From NCBI GenBank assembly GCA_965225855.1, contig CBDDCK010000001.1, forward strand, positions 201,995 through 265,994: a stretch of DNA of 64,000 bases, read 5' to 3'. Shown here piece after piece: positions 61,769 through 64,000 of this stretch. The notes under the pieces were generated by a model. That model saw only the letters and a program-made list of their open reading frames with translations, was not told where the DNA came from and did no database searches. How positions within the stretch are numbered: the stretch's first letter is position 1; each line of letters starts with the position of its first letter. The position numbers and the translations under genes are program-made. This stretch comes from Spirochaetia bacterium. GTDB taxonomy: Bacteria; Spirochaetota; Spirochaetia; SP-2023.

Positions 61769-63997
61769 TTAAGAAACTCTATTCAAAGAGCGTACAAAAT
61801 CCAGGACGCCCTCTGCAAGCATTTCCGTATCTTCTTGGCGCAAATCAGCATTGCGAATAGCCCAGCTATTGCGTGAATAAGCAATATTGCGCAATTCAAC
61901 TAACACAGCATACCGTGCAGGATTTCTGCGAATTACTGCTAAATTTTGGCCACGCATACGGGCATTGGGCCCCAAATTAGAAACTAAAGATTCTGCGAAT
62001 TGCTGGCCTAATCTATCTGTACTCAACGGGTCTTTATAAAATAATACTAGACGTCCATCTTTATCCCGTGGTGAATTATCATTGTGCAATGAAATAAAAA
62101 TTCTTTTATTTTTGGCTATACCGTTATAAAAACTTTCTGCCACTTCAACCCGTTTGTGTAAACCTGCAGGCGTACCAATCGGCCAGCTTTTATACTCACC
62201 ACGCTGGTTGATAAATGGAGAGTTATACACTTCATTTTTCTGGCTGACCAAAGTACGCGAAGCATCGGGGGAGTCAATAATTAAGTGATTGGGGCTCAAT
62301 ATGGTCAAGCCCACATGGGCTCCATTGCGTTTCAGCTGGCGATATAAACGCAGGGCATAATCGTAATTGTATTCATCTTCAATAATATACAGTGGGTTGC
62401 CGTTGCCATCTTGAGATTGGCTGTTAAACCCTGGGTCAAGCCCACCGTGGCCTGGGTCTATCAAAACCGAATAACCGGCTAAATCATTGCTAAGTTTAGG
62501 CATATTTTCAATTTCTCGGTCAAACTTTGCCATCAATTTGCGCGCAATCTGGTAGTTTTCCAGCGGGTCGTCCGTAAATTCTTCATAATAAGAAATATTG
62601 GGTTGGCGTGGCACGCGCGGAATAGCACTGCTAAAATAATTTCTTAACGCAATTGGACGTTTTTTATCTTTAGGTGCCTGTGGCAGACTGGCTGGTGGAA
62701 CCAAATTCTTTATTTGACGCTTGCGAATTTCGAGCTGCTGATAGTCCAATTCAGCTTGATTGGCGCGCTCTTCTTGCTCTGCTTCTTCTTTTGACTGGTA
62801 GAGGCTAGGCAAAGCATTTTCAGGAAGTATTTCCAAATTTACTGTAACGGGTTTTCTTACTTTTATGGTTTGCCCAGGGAATAATGTCGGGGTAAGGTTT
62901 GGGTTATAGTTTTGTAATTCCGTAACATTCAGGCCAAATTGGCGTGCTATAGACCAAAGGGTATCGCCCTTTTTGACGGTATATTCATTTGTAGATGGAT
63001 TTTTTGGAAGAGATACAACTAATTGTTTTCCAATACGAAGTTTGTCAACATTGGTTATTTTATTCCAGCTTTGTAATTGCTTGAGCGAAATATTGAATTG
63101 GCGACTGATCGAACTTAGGGTGTCGCCTTTTTTGACAAAGTAAGAGCTTTTTTTTTGGTATTTTTCGTTTTCACGACTTTCTTGATTTTTTAGGTTTCCT
63201 TGATTTGCTTGGCGATTGTTTGCAATGGTACGCACAGTTTGTTCATAGCTGCTAATACGCAAAATTTGCCCCACTTGGATATAATCATCTTTTAACTGGT
63301 TTAAGGCCCGAATCACACCAATACTCACTTTTATTTTGCGGCTAATTCCCAAAAGAGTATCGCCATCTTCCACTGTATAACTGGCTTCGCCTGTTTTGTC
63401 ATCTGGCTTTGCTGAAGTATTGAAAGCTGGTATCCGCAATGTTTGCCCAATGCGTATTTTATCGGAATCCAATTGATTCCATTTTCTTATATGGATTGCA
63501 TCAATGCCAAAACGAACAGCTAAGAGCGAGAGCGTATCGCCTGATTGTACTTTATATTCTGTATATTGGTTAGCTGTAGCGTTTGGATTCTCAATTTCGT
63601 TGGGGCGGCTTAGGTTTGGCTGTGCGTTGGGCTCAATATTAACAGGAGTATCCTCTGAAGATGGTTTGGGTGGTTGTTTGATAGGCGCACGAGCTAATTC
63701 AATTTTTGGCTTAGAAGGCTCTGTTTCAATACCTTGCTCTCCAACAGAAGCAAACACAATATCGGATTCAGGTATTAAAATGCTTTGACCACGGACAATA
63801 TTTTGTTGCGCTTGTTCCAGATTTTGAAAGCGGTTTATTTTGATGAGAGAGGCAATTGAAACTTTAAAACGTTCTACAATACTTTCCAGCGTATCGCCTT
63901 CTTCGATTGTATAAATGAGCGTTTCGCCATAAAGCTGGCTTGCTCCCGTTACAATGGGGAAAATGAATATAATGCTAACAGCTATAAAGTATGTCAT
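61769..63997 (-). CDS. LysM-repeat N-acetylmuramoyl-L-alanine amidase
   Basis: Five Y-x-V/I-x-x-GDTL LysM motifs; amidase_3 motifs IDPGHGG, ISLH, LVEL; start lies at the window edge. Confidence 0.9.
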   Translation of the reverse strand: MTYFIAVSIIFIFPIVTGASQLYGETLIYTIEEGDTLESIVERFKVSIASLIKINRFQNLEQAQQNIVRGQSILIPESDIVFASVGEQGIETEPSKPKIELARAPIKQPPKPSSEDTPVNIEPNAQPNLSRPNEIENPNATANQYTEYKVQSGDTLSLLAVRFGIDAIHIRKWNQLDSDKIRIGQTLRIPAFNTSAKPDDKTGEASYTVEDGDTLLGISRKIKVSIGVIRALNQLKDDYIQVGQILRISSYEQTVRTIANNRQANQGNLKNQESRENEKYQKKSSYFVKKGDTLSSISRQFNISLKQLQSWNKITNVDKLRIGKQLVVSLPKNPSTNEYTVKKGDTLWSIARQFGLNVTELQNYNPNLTPTLFPGQTIKVRKPVTVNLEILPENALPSLYQSKEEAEQEERANQAELDYQQLEIRKRQIKNLVPPASLPQAPKDKKRPIALRNYFSSAIPRVPRQPNISYYEEFTDDPLENYQIARKLMAKFDREIENMPKLSNDLAGYSVLIDPGHGGLDPGFNSQSQDGNGNPLYIIEDEYNYDYALRLYRQLKRNGAHVGLTILSPNHLIIDSPDASRTLVSQKNEVYNSPFINQRGEYKSWPIGTPAGLHKRVEVAESFYNGIAKNKRIFISLHNDNSPRDKDGRLVLFYKDPLSTDRLGQQFAESLVSNLGPNARMRGQNLAVIRRNPARYAVLVELRNIAYSRNSWAIRNADLRQEDTEMLAEGVLDFVRSLNRVS

Positions 63998-64000
63998 AAA

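Overview
AT-rich bacterial chromosome segment, most likely from a spirochaete (flgE-flbD-motA-motB, V-type ATPase E-DUF2764-A-B-D-I-K, a spiro-SPASM-type radical SAM gene next to uvrC, long fliD). The backbone carries housekeeping genes (recF, dciA-like, rpmB, ung, uvrC, dapB, ackA, nth, rseP, a LysM amidase and others). Inserted among them are four full copies and one 3' fragment of a modular surface-lipoprotein family built from two repeat domains (A and B) in different numbers, each with shared non-coding flanks. Two structures stand out. (1) Copy 2 is bracketed by 45-bp TGA...TCA imperfect inverted repeats with doubled internal motifs, like a non-autonomous cargo transposon; the right end is also present at copies 3 and 4. 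(2) A promoterless alternative C-terminus lies in inverted orientation upstream of copy 3 and starts exactly at a 36-bp sequence identical to one inside copy 3, so a ~3.8-kb inversion would swap the protein's C-terminus. No recombinase or transposase is visible in the window, so both mechanisms are inferences. Remnants of rbsC, hsdS and possibly a Fic/Doc gene lie at cassette borders. No rRNA, tRNA or CRISPR array was recognised.
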